64,000 bases of DNA from assembly GCA_951406725.2 (NCBI GenBank), contig OX597838.1, positions 31,930,001-31,994,000 on the forward strand, written 5' to 3'. This document shows positions 37,620 through 51,055 of this stretch, one piece after another (position 1 is the first letter of the stretch; the number at the start of each line of letters is the position of its first letter). This DNA is from Octopus vulgaris (taxonomy: Eukaryota). The position numbers and the translations under genes were made by a program. The notes under the pieces were generated by a model. The model was not told the DNA's origin. It searched no databases and saw only the letters and a list, made by a program, of their open reading frames with translations.

Positions 37620-38857
37620 GAACCATGTTTTATATGTCAAATATATATGTATATATATATATATATAATGGTGTAATAATATTTATACTGGCGTGTGAAT
37701 CAACAATTGTTGTACAGAACTCTATACAAGAGGCAGAGTAGAGTAAATAAATAAATGAACATATAAACAAGCAAATAAAATAATTTAAATCGAGTTGAAA
37801 AAACAGAAAAGGATTTAAGGTTTATTGTTTGTCTCATCTGGAGAATTTATGAAATTTAGGATTTCGATAAACGACCTGATGAAACTGCAATAAATTGTAA
37901 TTGTGTATTGTCTTTTCAACAGGATTCAAATTATTTGGGGTTTTTTTGTGTCTGTGGATGTATGTATGTGTATATATATGTGTGTATATGTGTGTATATA
38001 TGTGTGTATATATGTGTATATATATATGTGTGTGTATATATATGTGTGTATATATGTGTATATATATATATGTGTGTATATATGTGTGTATATATGTATG
38101 TGTATATGTATGTATGTGTATATATATATTTATATATATATATTTGATTTTGATTTGATTTTCCAGTTTCAGCTAATGAGCTGTGGCCATGCTGGGGCAC
38201 CGCCATATATATATATATATATATATTCATTCTCTGATATAAAAGTGTAAATATATGTTTACGCATACAAATGCACATATCTGAATGTAAATTATATGTA
38301 AATGTATGTAAGTAGGTGTGTGTGTATGTATATGCATGTGTATATACACACACATGCATATCCATACATATATTTATACCCGCACATACACATATGTATG
38401 TATGCACTTATGTATTGAGAATCCGGTGTTGACATAAAAAAATGCTTAATATTTATAACTTCGTTCTCTAACCCCTCCTCCCCCCCACTTCTTGTTGCTC
38501 ACTTAGCTCCCTACTCCCTTCCCCCAATGTACCCTCCCCCCCACCGCTACCGCCACTACTAGTCTCTGTGATATTTGTTTCTTAACTTACATTACAAAAC
38601 TAAATTCCTGACTCTGGTATCCATGCCGAATGTGTGTCTGTTCCACTATGGCTACTTTTGGTTTTTACCAACAAACTTTTATCATATACATACAAAAAAA
38701 CAAAACAAAAAAAAACACACACACACACATTAAAAGACACGAGTGACAATTGGTCCTGTGTTTACTAACAGATTTTCATTATCATATGATAATAATAATA
38801 ATAATAATAATAACAATCAGCTATGTGCTACCAGTTAATATTTTGAATTATGTAAGA

Positions 38858-39055
38858 CAGTGGTTCCCAAGCTTTTTAGAGTCGCGACCCACTATTTATC
38901 ACACCAGTTTATGACGACCCACTTAACTCTACTGAACTATCTCGATAGACAGCAGTTAATCAAAGCTAATGCGTAATTTTATAACTTTTTGCGACCCACT
39001 AAGATTCCGTTCGTGACCCATCTGTGGGTCGCGACTCGTAGTTTGCGAACCATTG
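38858..39055. mobile_element. hAT MITE
   Basis: CAGTGGTTCCCAA/TTGCGAACCATTG TIRs, perfect 8-bp TSD ATGTAAGA, GCGACCC subterminal repeats. Confidence 0.9.
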
Positions 39056-39252
39056 ATGTAAGATATTTGCAAGCCTTAATTTAAGATAGAAGAGACCCCC
39101 CCACTTCTCGACTCCCATGACACAAACTTTGTATCCGTTGCATACTGGACACTTTTTCCCTGTCCTAGATTGGTGCTTGTAGATGTGTTATACACACACA
39201 CACACACATTGTTTCTACACATTCGTTATTGTCGTCAGTTATTACTATTAGT

Positions 39253-39470
39253 AAGGTGGCGAGCTGGCGGAATCGTTAGCATGCTGTGCAAAATGCATTT
39301 TGTCCATCTTCGAATTCTGAGTTCAAATTCTGCCAAGGTCGACTTTACTTTTTATCCTTTCAGAGTTGATAAATTAAGTACCAGTGAAATGCAGGGGTCA
39401 ATGTAATCGACTAGTCCCCTCCCCTCAAATTTTCAGGCCTTGTGCCTATAGTAGAAAGGATTATTATTAA

Positions 39471-39503
<33 letters not shown>

Positions 39504-40309
39504 GAAACTGGAAAGCTGGCAGAATTGTTAGCACACCAGACGAAATGTATTTTGTCCATCTTGATATTCTAAGTTCAAATCCCGCTGAGGTCTACTTTAC
39601 CTTTCATCCTTTCAGGGCCAATAAAATAAGTTCTACCAGTGAAGTAGTGGAAGGAGGGGGTTTACTGTAATCAACTAGCTACCCCTCTCCTAAAATTGCT
39701 GGCCTTGTGCCAAAATTAGAAAGGATTATTATAATAATTTTGTTTATTATTAGGGTGTAAGGGTGACAGTATTGGCTCCCCTATACCTTGGGGTAGTTGT
39801 CTCTATACATGCTTAATATTTATAACTTCATTCTCTAACCCCTCCCCCCACTTCTTGTTGCTCACTTAGCTCCCTACTCCCTTACCCCAATGTACCCTAC
39901 CCCCACCGCTACCGCCACTATTGTTAGGAGGTTCATTTTTGCCTCTCGTCCTTCCAAGATCAATAAAGAATTGGTCAAGTACTGCAGTTGATAGCGTTGA
40001 CCATCTTCTCCTTCTCCTCCAAATTTGTGGACTTAAGCCTGTGTAAGCAATTATTATTGTTAATGTGGTTGTTGTTATCAATTATTTTTATTATTAAGGC
40101 AGTGAGCTGGCAGAATCGTTAGCACGCCAGGTGAAATGTTTACCGTCTTTTCATCTGTCTACATTTCTGAGTTCAAATTCCACCGAGGTCAACTTTGCCT
40201 TTCATCCTTTAGGGGTTGATAAATTAAGTACCAGTGAAACACTGAGGTCAATGTAATCGACTATTCCCCACCCCTCAAATTTTCAGGCCTTGTGCCTATA
40301 GTAGAAAGG

Positions 40310-40359
<50 letters not shown>

Positions 40360-41530
40360 GAAACTGGAAAGCTGGCAGAATTGTTAGCACACCAGACAAA
40401 ATGTATTTTGTCCATCTTGATATCTTGATATTCTGAGTTCAAATCCCATTTCTGAGTTCAATTTCCACCAAGGACAACTTTGCTTTTCATCCTTCCTGGG
40501 TCTATAAAATAAGGAACAGCTGAACACCGAGACCGAGGTAATCGACTTGTCCATTCCTCTAAATTTCAGGCCTTGTGCCTATAGTGGAAAGGGCTATTTT
40601 TTTATTATTATCAAGGTTTGAAGCTGGCCAAATTATTAGCACATGGGAGAAAATGTTTAGTGGCATTCCTTTGGACTCTTAACATCCTGAGTTCAAATCC
40701 TGCCCAGGTCTACTTTACCTCTCATTGATAAAGTACCAGAGAAATACTGGGGTTGATGCAAATGATTTACCCCCTCGCCTAAGCACTGTTGGCCTTGTGC
40801 CAAATTTTGAAACCATTTATTATTATTATTATTATTTCTGCTGTTGCTGCTGCCGTGATGGAGATAAGGGTGACATGAGAGGGCTAAGTTAACAATCTAC
40901 CTCACTGTTTCATGTTTTAAGTCCTGTGGAAGCTAACTCTACTGGTCATTGCTCTGCAGATGGTGGTGTTAAACCAAGTACCAGTAATACACTTGGTTTG
41001 ATTACTTATATAACTCCTACCTTTCCCTGACCCATTGACTCTCGTTGTTGTTGTCATCACAATAAACTTCTCCTTTTCCTGTCTCTACTTCCATCCACCC
41101 GCCACCCTTAATACATTGTTTTTTTACCAACAGTGCCTTCTCTGTGTCTATGTCTTCGGTCTCTCCGGCCACTGCCACCAACGCCATCACCAACACTTGC
41201 TCTCCTGCTACACCACACTACACTACATCACATACACTACACCATTCTGTACCACTCCACACTACACTCACCCAAACAATCTACATTCTACAGCCATCTG
41301 ATGTGGATTATTATTATTATTAAGGTGCTGAGCCAGCAGAATTGTTAGCATGCCAGGCAAAATGCTTAGCAACATTTTGTCTGTCTTTACATTCTGAGCT
41401 CAAATTCCACCAAGATTGACTTTGCTTTCATCCTTTCAGGGTCAATTCTTTGATTGTGAGCTCTAGGGTTGGTATAATTGAGTTACTTCCTTCCTTGAAC
41501 TTGCTGGCCCAGAGCCAAAATTTGAAATCA
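39253..41530 (+). mobile_element. Cluster of six head-to-tail SINE family B-related copies with (ATT)n tails
   Basis: Heads at about 39254, 39510, 40096, 40365, 40615 and 41322, each with GAGTTCAAAT-like B box and mostly CTTTCATCC-like motifs. Confidence 0.75.
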
Positions 41531-43172
41531 TTATAGATTATGGATATGATTGCTATATAATATAGACAGATACTATAGGAATATAATATAGATACCATTG
41601 TTATATAAAATTAGACAGGTACTGTGACCATATGGGTGATATATGTGGCTATATAACATAAGCAGACACTGTAGATAGGTAGGTAGATAGAATGTTTCCA
41701 CACCTTTCTATATACACATGGAAATAAGTATATGGATATATATTGTGGACAGACACACACATATATACACACGTAGTTAGATACATTTGTTCATACTGAA
41801 TTAGGCATATGTACAATAAGTAGCATCAGTATGATGTATATACTGGTAGATGTATATACATATAGACACTAACAAGTGGACGTGTGTACACATACACACA
41901 CACACACATACACACACTGACACCAAGGCTAGAGTGATGGTGATGATGATGATGGTGATAGTGGTGTGTTGTGACTTAACACTTTCCATTTATTTATTTC
42001 TCTGTTTAAACTGTCTCCGAATAAACGTCCACTCAGGTGTAAATCTGTTGTTAAGTGATGACCTCAAGGTCCACTCACTTGAGTGGAGCATCGCAATCAA
42101 TTTTCTCTTGTCAAACAAAGATACTGAGGTTGACTCATTTGAGTGCATATCTCAACTTTACTCTTGTCATGCCAAGAACACTCGATTGATTCACTTGAGT
42201 GAGTGCAAACCTCAATATGATTTTGCCAAATGAGGATCTCAAGGCTAACTCAGGTGAGTTTAGGATCTCAACTTTTTGTCAAATAAGTCTTGAAGTTCAC
42301 TCATTTGAGTACAGATATCACTTTTTCTCTTGATATACCAAAGACATGAGTTTCACTCACTTGAGTGCAAACTTCAGTTTTGTTTTGTCAAGGGAAACTC
42401 ACCAAAATATAATGAATTTTTTTTTTTAAATTTGCCCAAATTAATTAATTAATCTCGTTTCCAGTTACAGCAGATTGGAAACAATATACTGTAATTGGTG
42501 TTCGTTAATGTTAACAGTCATGTAATTATTATTAATATGTCTGCGGTTAACCATGTTAGGTCATGTGGTCAACACAGTCACATGATCTCCTTTAATCCTT
42601 TCTATTGGTGCTTATTTTATTTTGTTGACTTTTTTACGCATGGTTTCTTTTTATTTTTATTGTTTTATTTTCATGCTGTTGTTATTCTTCCGGTTTGTAT
42701 TGAACTTTCGACTTCTTGATAGCAAATGAAATCGATCTAATATAATGTAAAAGAAAAAAAAGAAAAGAAAAACAGGAAAGAAAAGAAAAAAAATTAAATT
42801 ATATTAATGATACAGAAGAAGAAGAAGATGATGAAAAAGAATTTTGAAACAATCATGTGAATAACATTTTCTTCATATCAGAGGTATCTTGTTTGTTGTT
42901 CATTAATTAATTTTGTTGTTGTTAATTAATTTTGTTGTTGTTGTTAATTTTTGATTGTCTGAATATTAAGAAAATTTTGAATGATCCACGTCAACCTAAT
43001 TAATTGGAACACAGCATTGGAAAGGGAAGGCCTTTATTTACCACTAGATCAGTTGTACTTCCAATAGGAGATTGTACCTGCATGTATTTAGGGGGATAGG
43101 TCTGCTCCCTCCAGGCTGTGTGATTAACCAAGCGTTATACATAATTACAAATAAAAGGCTGTCTCACTTACA

Positions 43173-43209
<37 letters not shown>

Positions 43210-43460
43210 AGTAGTTGAATGAATTATCTTATTATGGATAATTCGAATTAACCGATACCTGGGTAGCAAATTCACATCAGAAAAAACACGGTTGAAGTTA
43301 CGTGCCTAGGGCATAGATTACGTGCTTTCGTGTGGAAATTTGTATGTTTATTTTTAAAATATAAATATATGAAAGAATGGAGTTGAACGACGAATTAACG
43401 GAATAAAGGAATTTTGTTAATTCGTCGTTCAACTCCATTCTTTCATATATTTATATTTTT

Positions 43461-43514
<54 letters not shown>

Positions 43515-43933
43515 CCTAGTGGTTGAGGGAACCTGTGGAAGAGGTAGACCCAGGAAAACCTGGGACGAGGTGGTGAAGCACGACCTTCGAACTTTAGGTC
43601 TCACCGAGGAAATGACTAGAGACTGAGACCTTTGGAAGTATGCTGTGCGTGAGAAGACCCGGCAGGACAAGTGAGGCCATAACCCGTGGCCTCTACCTGG
43701 GATGTAGCCAGTCCACTTATGCATTCCTTTCCTTCTTGGGATACAAAACTCTACTTGTGAAGACCTGTTGAAGCAAGCGAAAATCAAAATCAAAATCGTA
43801 ATTGATCAACACCAATGGAATTTGTAGCTGTGATACCAGTGCCGGTGGCACCTAAGAGAACCATCCGAATGTGGCCACAGCCAGCACCGCCCTGACTGGC
43901 CTCCGTGCCGGTGGCATGTAAAACGATGATGAT
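43515..43933 (+). mobile_element. RTE LINE 3' fragment
   Basis: LVVEGTCGRGRPRKTWDEVVKHDLRTLGLTEEMTRD, then UTR and (GAT)n. Confidence 0.85.
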
Positions 43934-44129
43934 GTTTCAGTCATTTGACTGTGGCCATGCTGAAGCACCACCTTTAGTCAAGCAAATCAACTCCAGGACT
44001 TATTCTTTGTAAGTCTAGTACTTATTCTATTGGTCTCTCTTGCCGAACCGCTAAGTGACAGGATGTAAACACACCAGCATCAGTTTCCAAGTGATGTTGG
44101 GAGGAACAAACATAAACATACATACACAT

Positions 44130-44172
<43 letters not shown>

Positions 44173-44341
44173 TGAATTATATATATACACGATGGGCTTC
44201 TTTCAGTTTCCATCTACCAAATCCACTCACAAGGCCCAAGGGTATGGTAGAAGACACTTGCCCAAGGTGCCATGCAGTGGGACTGAACCTGGAATCATGT
44301 GGTTGGTAAGCAAGCTACTTACCACACACCCACTCCTGTGC
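43934..44341 (-). mobile_element. tRNA-SINE family A
   Basis: Reverse complement of family A. Confidence 0.82.
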
Positions 44342-44966
44342 CATATGTTGTTAAATATTTTTTTTTATATTTCTATTTATGGTAAAGTAGAGCAGGGACA
44401 AAATGAAAATTAGTTTGGAATCAATGACTAAAAAGAAAATATTCCAACAAAAAAGAAGAAAAGACTTAGCGAAGGAGTGGAAATCCTTAAAACAGGACCA
44501 GATGCCAGAAATTAAAAAAGAACAAAAAAACTGAAGATATCAATATTATGACTATTTCAGTAATAATCCATTGTTATAATAATCTGGTAATTAGAAGTTT
44601 GGGGAATTAGTGAGAAATCTAGATAGATGACGAGCAGTGTTTAGGGTTTAGAGTATTTTAAGCGCAACAGACTTAACGAGATGAAATCAGTGATGTTGTT
44701 TTTGGCAGGTAAGAGTTTACCAAAATGGAGCAGATTTATGTTTATGAAAATATTGGCAGCTTGAGAGGTTGGGCGGATGCCAGTGTTATGAAATCCTGTC
44801 TGAAGAAGGAAGGTCACAACAAGCAGAACCCTTATGTTGTAACCAAAGAAAGGGTACAGTAAACATGCATCATACAACAACAATTGAAGGAAAGTGATTA
44901 TAAGCAGAGTCTAGAGATTGTAACAGAAGGAAGGTGACAGTAAGCATGGTATCAAATGAGAGAACA

Positions 44967-45368
44967 AGGCGGCGAGCTGGCAGAAATGATAGAACGCTGG
45001 GCGAAATGCTTAGCAGTATTTCGTCTGCCGTAACGTTCTGAGTTCAAATTCCGCCAAGGTCGATTTTGCCTTTCATCCTTACGGGGTCGATTAAATAAGT
45101 ACCAGTTACGCACTGGGGTCGATATAATCGACTTAATCCGTTTGTCTTCTCTGTGTTTAGCCCCTTGTTGGTAGTAAAGAAATAGGTATTTTGTCTGCCG
45201 CTACGTTCTGAGTTCAAATTCCGCCGAGGTCGATTTTGCCTTTCATCCTTACGGGGTCGATTAAATAAGTACCAGTTACGCACTGGGGTCGATGTAATCG
45301 ACTTAATCCGTTTGTCTGTCCTTGTGTGTCCCCTCTGTGTTTAGCCCCTTGTGGGTAGTAAAGAAATA
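44967..45368 (+). mobile_element. SINE family B with tandemly duplicated body
   Basis: Body from GTATTT to GTAGTAAAGAAATAGG occurs twice (45016-45187 and 45187-45370). Confidence 0.88.
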
Positions 45369-45579
45369 GGTATTAAATGAGAGAAGGTGACCATCTAATA
45401 GGATACGCTCTGTCGGAAGTCATGGAAAATAATGCGACCATCTAATAGAAAATGCAAGTTGATAATGACCAAAAAAAAAAAAAAATAAAGGTGAACTGAC
45501 CAGGGACGAGTATTGGAGAGTACAGTATTTTCCTTACAGACTGATTTGCTCTTTGGCCGAATGACCAGGGAAATGGATT

Positions 45580-46405
45580 TGTGGTCATTAGCAACACTGA
45601 GATTGTTCCTAGTAGTGACATAGATGATGTAGTTCCCAATGCTATTGAGGTTGTGGTCAGCAGTGGTATGGAAGCTGTGGTCAGTCGTAGCATTGAGGTT
45701 GTAGTCAGCAGTGACATTGAGGTTGTGGTCAGTAGTGGCATTGCAGTCATGGTCAGCAGTGGTATAGAATCTGTGGTCACCAGTGGTATAGAATCTGTGG
45801 TCACCAGTGGCATTGCAGTCATAGTCAGCAGTGGTATAGAAGTTGTGGTCAGCAGTGACATTAAGGTTGTGGTCAGCAGTGGTATAGAAGCTGTGGTCAG
45901 TTGTGGTCAGCAATGGTATAGAAGCTGTGTGATTACCAGTGATAAAGATCTTAAATCCAAATTAGGCTTTGATTATTAATGATACAAAAATTGAAGTTAC
46001 CTATGACAAAAGATGTAATTTACAAGAGAAAACAAGGTCACTCATAACATAGAAGCTATGGCTACCTGTGATAATAAAATGTACTTACCTGTGGACTAGA
46101 ACTTATTGTTACCTGTAATACTAAAACTGTAGTTACCTGTGATAGTGGAACTATGGTTACCTGTTGTATTTAAACTGTAGTTACCTGTGATAGTGGAACT
46201 ATGGTTACCTGTTGTATTTAAACTGTAGTTACCTGTGATAGGGGAACTATGGTTACCTGTTGTATTTAAACTGTAGTTACCTGTGATAGTGGAACTATGG
46301 TTACCTGTTGTATTTAAACTGTAGTTACCTGTGATAGTGGAACTATGGTTACCTGTTGTATTTAAACTGTGGTTATCTGTGATATTGATATGAAGTTACC
46401 TGTGG
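45580..46405 (+). repeat. 24-bp minisatellite grading into a 48-bp dimeric array
   Basis: TGTGGTCAGCAGTGGTATAGAAGC units, then (GTTACCTGTGATAGTGGAACTATG GTTACCTGTTGTATTTAAACTGTA) about x5. Confidence 0.9.
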
Positions 46406-46669
46406 CATACTATCCAGTGGTTGAAGATATGGTGACTGGTTAAATATCTGGGGAGGAGAAATTAGGCTACACTTCAGAGACAAATCCACCACCACCCTCA
46501 CATGTCTAGATGTTTACCATGTGTAACTTTCCAACAACTTGTAATATCTTGTCCTAACAACTTGATGAACTAAAGTAAAATAAAATATGGTACCATGAGA
46601 TGCAACGGAATTACCTGGCGTAGATTAGGACAAAGTAGAATATGGTGCCTAACATACGGCGAGATAGAT

Positions 46670-47545
46670 TAGGCTGTTGACAGTTTAGTGTGTTGCTCAT
46701 GGACACAGTAGAATAAACTGTACCACACTGTGGTACCTACTTACGACTAGGTAGACTGGACTGTTGAGAGTTAAGTCTGTTTATCATGGACACAATACAG
46801 TGAACTATACCACAATGTGGCACCTCTTTACAGCTGGATTGGCTGGACTGTTGACAGTTAACTGTGTTGGCCATGTACATAGTACAATAAACAGTACCTC
46901 ATTGTGGTACCTATATACATGTAAGTAGCCTGGACTGTTGACAGTTAACTGTGTTGGCCATGTACATAGTACAATAAACAGTACCTCATTGTGGTACCTA
47001 TATACATGTAAGTAGCCTGGACTGTTGACAGTTAACTGTGTTGGCCATGTACATAGTACAATAAACAGTACCTCATTGTGGTACCTATATGCACGTAAGT
47101 AGCCTGGACTGTTGACACTTAACTGTGTCAGTCATGGCGGCGAGCTGGCAGAACCGTTAGCATGCCGGGTGAAATGCGTAGCCGTATTTCGTCTGCCGTT
47201 ACGTTCTGAGTTCAAATTCCGCCGAGGTCAACTTTGCCTTTCATCCTTTCGGGGTCAATAAATTATGTACCAGTTACGCACTGGGGTCAATGTAATCGAC
47301 TTAATCCGTTTGTCTGTCCTTGTTTGTCCCCTCTATGTTTAGCCCCTTGTGGATAGTAAACAAAAAGTTAACTGTGTCAGCCATGGGCACAATACAGTGA
47401 ATTATACTACAGTGTAGTACCTACTTACAGCTATGTAGACTGGTCTGTCGACAATTGTACTGGTCATGGACACAGCACAGTGAACTATATACCACACTGT
47501 GGTACCTCTTTACAGCCAGATTGACTGAACTGCTGTCAGTTAAGT
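46670..47545 (+). repeat. 87-bp tandem repeat interrupted by a SINE
   Basis: CTGGACTGTTGACA at 46843, 46930, 47017, 47104; diverged flanking units. Confidence 0.9.
47135..47367 (+). mobile_element. tRNA-SINE family B with TSD
   Basis: Flanked by TTAACTGTGTCAG(T/C)CAT direct repeats. Confidence 0.9.
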
Positions 47546-48803
47546 GTCTTGTTTAACCCAATGTTGTTGACATGATATAAACTGATGTGGTGGTGGCTAT
47601 TCATAGCACTGGCAATGATGATATATCTCCTCCCTATTTTGCTTGCTACTCCAAACCCATTTATATAATTAGTAATGTTTACTCCTAATGAGTAATTATT
47701 AAATCCTCCGTTACACATTCAGACATTCCTCCCCTCCTTCATGTGTGTGTGTGTACCTGGCTGCCTGCCTGCTTGTCTGCCTGTGTCCATTTGTTATTGT
47801 GTGTATATGTGTGTGTGTAACATATTGATATGAATAATTAATGCATTCTAATTGTTCATACTACACTTAATGACCATGTACTAGATTATCAATACATCAA
47901 TGCTACCATACCACCACCAACACCTATACTACACTACCACCAACACCAACATTACCACTACCACCACAAACACTAACCACTACTGCTATTACTATCACCA
48001 CCATCACTGCCACACTACCACCACTACAATCACCACCAACACAACTACCACCAAAACCATCACAATCAACACCACAACTACTACTGTTACTACTATCACC
48101 ACCACCACCACCAAAATCAACCCCCCACCACCAACAACAACAACGACAACAACAGCAAGCCAATAAAGAAGCCTCTACAATATTGCTTGGCCTGTTTGAA
48201 ATAGTAACCGAATCTCCCTCAAATCACACCCCACCACTTAAAAACAAGGAATCCAACAACTTGTTGCAGGAAGCAGTGTCTGATAGATAAACAGATGGGG
48301 AGGGCACATCTGGAACATCTTTGACTAGGGCTGATGCACGATTAAACAGCAACAGACCCCTTCCCCTGCATTTCACTAAAACAGCCACCACCACCACCAT
48401 CACCTCTGCACCAGTATCAATGTCTTTGATCAGAACAGATATGACTAAACAACAACAAAAACAAACAGACCCCCTCCCACACCACTACCACTAGACCCCT
48501 CTCCCCACTTACCTCTTCTACTACCACTAACAATGTCTTTGATCAGAACCCATGTTGAACTAAACAACAAAAGACAGACCACCCTGCTAAAACAGCCATC
48601 ACCCTCAATCAATTATGTGTGTGTTTGTGTGTCATGAAACAGCTGAGAATAATTATCGGTCATAATTCTATACATTATATCTCACATGCCTATGTGTATA
48701 TATGTGATTATTTTTGTGTGTGTATAAACATATATATATATATATATATATATATGCATTTGCATGTATGTGTGCTTGTGTGTAATACACATGCACACAC
48801 ACA

Positions 48804-49605
48804 TTGGGTCATCCCATAAATAATGCGGTTTTTTCAATTGCATGAGCGATTTTAAGTTATTTTTTCAGAACCATAATGGAAGTGACAAAAGAGCATTTTC
48901 GGCATATTTTGCTTTATGAGTTCAATAAAGGCAACAATGCAATGGAAAGTGTGAGGAATATTAATGCAGTAAATGGGAATCAGACTTATAAGTGTAAGTC
49001 AGTGTCAACGGTGGTTCCAGAAATTCTGAGCTGGAAACTACTGCCTAGAAGACAAGCCTTGTCCTGGAAGATCTCTAGAGCTTGACATCGACATCCTGCA
49101 AACTCTGGTGGAACAAAATCCCATTGTAACTATTGAGGAACTAGAAGAGAAGGTTGCATTTGGTCATTCAATCATTCACCGACACCTATGCGAAAAGAAA
49201 AACAGCCATCTTTGGTTTCAAGACAAAAGGTGTTCTTCCATCAGGATAATGCTCAACCACATACAGCAAGGATGGCACTCCAAAGGCTGGAGAAGTTTGA
49301 ATGGGAAATGATGCCCCACCCACCATATCACTGGACATTGCCCCATCTGATTATCATTTATTCCATAGTCTTCAAAATCATTTGGACGGAAAAAAATATG
49401 AATTCCGTAGACGAGGTCAGAACAGTACTGGAGAAGTATTTTTCGTCATGGACGAAAGAATTTTGGAAGAAGGTCCTTGCAAGTCTACCAGGTAGATGGA
49501 AGAGCATTGTAAAAAATGAAGGAGAGTATATTTTTGATGAAAAAAGAACTTTGTTTATTTTAATTTTGAAAAATAAAAGAAGTATAAAAAACCCACATTA
49601 TTTAT
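48804..49605 (+). mobile_element. Internally deleted mariner, same family as 8772-10020
   Basis: Left TIR TTGGGTCATCCCATAAATAATGCGG, MEVTKEHFRHILLYEFNKG start, FFHQDNAQPH and DIAPSDYHLF motifs; central part with the first catalytic Asp is absent; frameshifted. Confidence 0.9.
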
Positions 49606-50641
49606 AAACATTGTTATTATTCAATGATGAAAATGTAGCAAGCTGGCAGAGTCTCCTCTCATATCTCTTTATGTTCTGGGTTCAAATGCTGTCAGGGTTG
49701 ACTTTGCCTTTCATCTCTTTTGTGGGGTTGATTAAATGAGTACCAGTGGTGCACTGGGGTCAATGTAATTGATTCACCCCCTGCCCATGAATTTCAGGTT
49801 TTTTGCCCCAAGTAGAAGGGATTATTATTATTCAACGATGAAGATTTAATTGTTCAATCAACTGTATATCACGGCCTTCCACTTACGTCTCATGCTGTAA
49901 GAGGGAGAGTAAGTTGCCCTTTCTATCTGTAGACTGGAGTGGCACTTTGGGTAACTGTTAGCAATCCCTTAGCTTCGTGCACCGACATTGGATAACTGAC
50001 AAAGTGCAGGCATCCTGGACTAACGAGTTAAAGATTATTGCAGCCAACTAGGAAGTGAACTGCTATTGCATGGCAGCCTCCTCACTGACCATGGCTGTTG
50101 TACACCACTTGGTACTTGTCGTGGAGGCCCAGAGTGGCAGTTCGATGTATTTGATCAGAACAGATATGACTAAACAATAACAAAAACAACAGACCCCTCC
50201 CCCACCACCACAGGACAGCCAGCATCAGCTTGCAACAGACAATGGACAAGGAATTGCTCTTAAATTAATGTGTATGTGGCTGTGTATTCCACAGACATGT
50301 GTACCCTTAATGCAATTCTTAGGCAATATCAGCGTGACATGGTGTGTGATGAGACAAGGCTGTATCTTTTGAAATCCAGGGACAATCAACCCAACATAAT
50401 TCTGTACAGTTTTTATCTCCCCAGTTTTACTTGCAAGGTATGGGGTATTTGCCCCAGAGTCCATGCAGTAGGTTCCACCCTAGAACTTTGTGGGTGCAAA
50501 GCAAACTGCTTAACCATTTGGCCATATTGCATACGCTCACCCAAAAACTCACTTGTTTACTTTTCTCTGTTTTTGTCTATGAGTGTGTATATTATGTTTG
50601 TGTATATCTGTTAAATATATATATATATATATATATATATA

Positions 50642-50811
50642 GGTGCAGGAGTGGCTGTGTGGTAAGTAGCTTTTTAACCAACCACATGGTTCCAGGGTTC
50701 AGTCCCACTGCGTGGCATCGTGGGCAAGTGTCTTCTGCTATAGCCCCGGGCCGACTAATGCCTTGTGAGTGGATTTGGTAGACGGAAACTGAAAGAAGCC
50801 TGTGGTATATA

Positions 50812-50850
<39 letters not shown>

Positions 50851-51055
50851 TTGTGTGTCTGTGTTTGTCCCCTTAGCATTGCTTGACAACCGATGCTGGT
50901 GTGTTTACGTCCCCGTCACTTAGCGGTTCGGCAAAAAAGAGACCGATAGAATAAGTACTGGGCTTACGAAAGAATAAGTCCCGGGGTCGATTTGCTCGAC
51001 TAAAGGCGGTGCTCCAGCATGGCCGCAGTCAAATGACTGAAACAAGTAAAAGAGT
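50642..51055 (+). mobile_element. tRNA-SINE family A, full length
   Basis: Same structure as the 12670 copy. Confidence 0.88.

Noticed and set aside
37875-37905. CTGATGA followed by a hairpin downstream of the stop codon
   Set aside because: No GAAA or stem III follows, so it is not a complete hammerhead.
42025-42395. CRISPR-like repeat-spacer appearance
   Set aside because: Eukaryotic DNA, 14-bp degenerate repeats, mutually related spacers and no cas genes; kept only as a palindrome array.
45395-45979. Repetitive ORFs on both strands (TTADHN, IEVVVSSG)
   Set aside because: By-products of a 24-bp minisatellite; no gene context.
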